Positions 15,103-16,626 of a stretch of 16,626 bases of DNA are shown in pieces; position 1 is the first letter of the stretch, and each line of letters starts with the position of its first letter. The stretch covers positions 1 through 16,626 of the forward strand of contig JAVKIH010000039.1 of the NCBI GenBank assembly GCA_031459625.1. The letters are read 5' to 3'. Both the position numbers and the translations under genes were made by a program. This stretch comes from Candidatus Geohabitans tengchongensis (GTDB lineage Bacteria > Sysuimicrobiota > Sysuimicrobiia > Sysuimicrobiales > Humicultoraceae). Below the pieces are notes generated by a model, which was given only the letters and a program-made list of their open reading frames with translations, was not told the DNA's origin and searched no databases.

Positions 15103-15711
15103 CTACGATCCCGGGCTCTCGCGGCAGCCCTGCACGGCCGGGAGCGGCCCGGGCTTGAAGACGCCGATCTGGAAGATGCGCCGGTGGATCATCGGCTTCG
15201 ACGGGTCGTTCACCACGCCGAACTGCAGCCCCAGGGCCGGGTAGCGCACGAGCAGGATCCGGTCCTCCGCGCACAGCCACCGGCGGTACTCCCTGCCGTA
15301 GGCCGCTTCCGCCCGGGGGAAGGGCATCATCAGCGTGATCCCCTTGTCCGTGCGGAAGCGGTCGGTGGTGCCGAAGACGCTGATCACGCGCACGGCCCGC
15401 GTCCGGGCGTCCAGCGAGACCCACAACCCTTTGGCGCGCCACTCGTAGAGGATGATCCCGTGCTCCTCGAAGACCTCGCGCCGGTACCCCTCCCCGGCGG
15501 CCTCGAGGATCTGCTGCAGCGACATGACCAGGCGGATCGTCCCCACGCGCTGCCCGGGGACGATGAGGCCGTCGCCCAGAACCTGCGGCGGCGGAGCCGG
15601 GATATCGACGTCGCCGGGCGCGCCGAACGCGCACGGAGCGGCCGCCAGCGCCACCCACAGGATGGTCAGCGTGAACACCGTCGGCGTGCGGAGCCTGGGC
15701 GCCTGATGCAT
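15103..15711 (-). CDS. Hypothetical exported protein, 202 aa
   Basis: GGGGAGG SD before ATG 15711. Signal-peptide-like N-terminus (basic residues, VFTLTILWVALAAAPCAFG), then a globular region (LIVPGQRVGTIRL...FRTDKGITL...YPALGLQF). Confidence 0.75.
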   Translation of the reverse strand: MHQAPRLRTPTVFTLTILWVALAAAPCAFGAPGDVDIPAPPPQVLGDGLIVPGQRVGTIRLVMSLQQILEAAGEGYRREVFEEHGIILYEWRAKGLWVSLDARTRAVRVISVFGTTDRFRTDKGITLMMPFPRAEAAYGREYRRWLCAEDRILLVRYPALGLQFGVVNDPSKPMIHRRIFQIGVFKPGPLPAVQGCRESPGS

Positions 15712-15801
15712 CGCCGTCCTTCCTCCCCAGAGGGTGTTACCCCGGTGCGCCCCTCGCTGCCCGCCGACGCTCGGCCTGCCGCCAGGCGCCCGGGTCCCTC
15801 C

Positions 15802-15810
15802 TGCTATAAT
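15802..15810 (+). promoter_or_regulatory. Extended -10 promoter TGnTATAAT for coxG
   Basis: TG-C-TATAAT at 15802-15810, 52 nt upstream of ATG 15863; SD GGAGGT at 15854-15859. Confidence 0.75.
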
Positions 15811-15862
15811 GGCGCCGCAATCGGCTCCGCTCTTGCCGTGGCCACGGGTTCCCGGAGGTGCC

Positions 15863-16324
15863 ATGAAGGTCGAAGGGCAGTACACCATCGACGCCCCCCG
15901 TGACCGGGTCTGGGCGCTATTGAACGACCCCGGGGTCCTCCAGCGGGCCACGCCGGGCTGCCGGGAGCTCCACCCCCTGGGGGACGACCGCTACCGTGCC
16001 GTCCTCGAGCTGGCCGTCGGCCCGGTCCGCGGCACCTTCGAGGGGCAGGTGAGTATCACCGACAAGTCCCCGCCCGAGCGGCTCACCCTGCGCGTGGAAG
16101 GGGCCGGCCGCCCCGGCACCGTCCGGGCCTCGGGTGAGCTCCACCTGGAGCCCCAGGACGGGCGCACCGTGGTCCACTACGTGGGGGACGCTCAGGTGAC
16201 TGGTGTCCTCATGAGCGTGGGTCACCGGCTCTTCGGCGGGGTGGCCAAGCAGCTCGCCGGCCAGTTCTTCGCCGCCCTCCAGCGGGAGGTCGAACGGGCG
16301 CAGCAGGCGGGCAGCGGGTCCTAG
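15863..16324 (+). CDS. coxG: CoxG/SRPBCC-family protein, 153 aa
   Basis: MKVEGQYTIDAPRDRVWALLNDPGVLQRATPGC...VGPVRGTFEG...GVLMSVGHRLFGGVAKQLAGQFF matches the CoxG pattern. No C-terminal membrane anchor. Confidence 0.9.
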   Translation: MKVEGQYTIDAPRDRVWALLNDPGVLQRATPGCRELHPLGDDRYRAVLELAVGPVRGTFEGQVSITDKSPPERLTLRVEGAGRPGTVRASGELHLEPQDGRTVVHYVGDAQVTGVLMSVGHRLFGGVAKQLAGQFFAALQREVERAQQAGSGS

Positions 16325-16344
16325 GTCCCCGCGGGCAGCGGGTC
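16307..16344 (+). repeat. 14-bp direct repeat flanking the coxG stop codon
   Basis: GCGGGCAGCGGGTC at 16307-16320 and 16331-16344 (period 24). Confidence 0.85.
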
Positions 16345-16400
16345 GTCAGCCGACGCCCCGCTGCCCCATCCCCATGGCCCTGCGAACCCCCCCCTCTGGC

Positions 16401-16625
16401 CTACATCCCGCTCCCGGTCTCCCTGGCCCGCCCCATCGGCTCCCCAGGCGGGGACGGCTGCTCGGGGCGAGGAGCTGCGGGCTGCGGGGCTTCCGCCGGT
16501 GGAGCGGGTGCCGGCCGCGGCGGGGCCGCAGGCTGCACCCGTGCAGGCCGGCGCGGCCGGGTGGCGGCGGCCCGTCCGCGGGCCGCGGGCGCCCCTCGGC
16601 GCTGAGCGGGTGCGCGCCCCGCCCG
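16401..16625 (-). CDS. Possible Pro/Ala-rich C-terminal tail of a gene entering from the right edge
   Basis: Open frame ...RPRRPARVQPAAPPRPAPAPPAEAPQPAAPRPEQPSPPGEPMGRARETGSGM ending at TAG 16403-16401. No family recognised, and other frames are also open. Confidence 0.3.
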   Translation of the reverse strand, partial: RAGRAPAQRRGAPAARGRAAATRPRRPARVQPAAPPRPAPAPPAEAPQPAAPRPEQPSPPGEPMGRARETGSGM

Positions 16626-16626
16626 G

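Noticed and set aside
11209..15658. Long antisense ORFs (11209..13731 +, 12134..15658 -; likewise 104..1699, 2524..4032, 4654..5934, 5974..8151)
   Set aside because: Shadow ORFs opposite well-supported genes, with no recognisable motifs.

Overview
Very GC-rich bacterial chromosomal DNA (roughly three-quarters G+C by eye), densely coding. I saw no rRNA, tRNA, CRISPR array, integrase or transposase. From left to right: the 5' part of a cytosine deaminase gene (codA, minus strand, runs off the left edge, absent from the ORF track); a divergent operon with a nucleoside-type (CUT2) ABC ATPase, two permeases and a class III CoA-transferase; a fused AccD-AccA carboxyltransferase; a convergent minus-strand block of a three-subunit molybdenum hydroxylase (L-M-S order, PYRGAGR loop, not form I CO dehydrogenase), a Phd/YefM-PIN toxin-antitoxin pair and a lone DUF2877 (AllH/YlbF-like) gene; a divergent Asp-box beta-propeller plus MoaD/ThiS ubiquitin-like gene pair; a secreted hypothetical protein; coxG; and possibly the Pro/Ala-rich end of another gene. 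The strongest leads are the propeller/Ubl pair with Cys-x-His motifs beside the Mo enzyme, twin ACGR-loop hairpins resembling a guanidine-II riboswitch upstream of the ABC operon, a possible nucleobase/N-heterocycle catabolic cluster, a TGTACA operator on the TA promoter, and recurring duplications with 20-25 bp period at gene boundaries. All family assignments come from motif recognition by eye; no searches were run.
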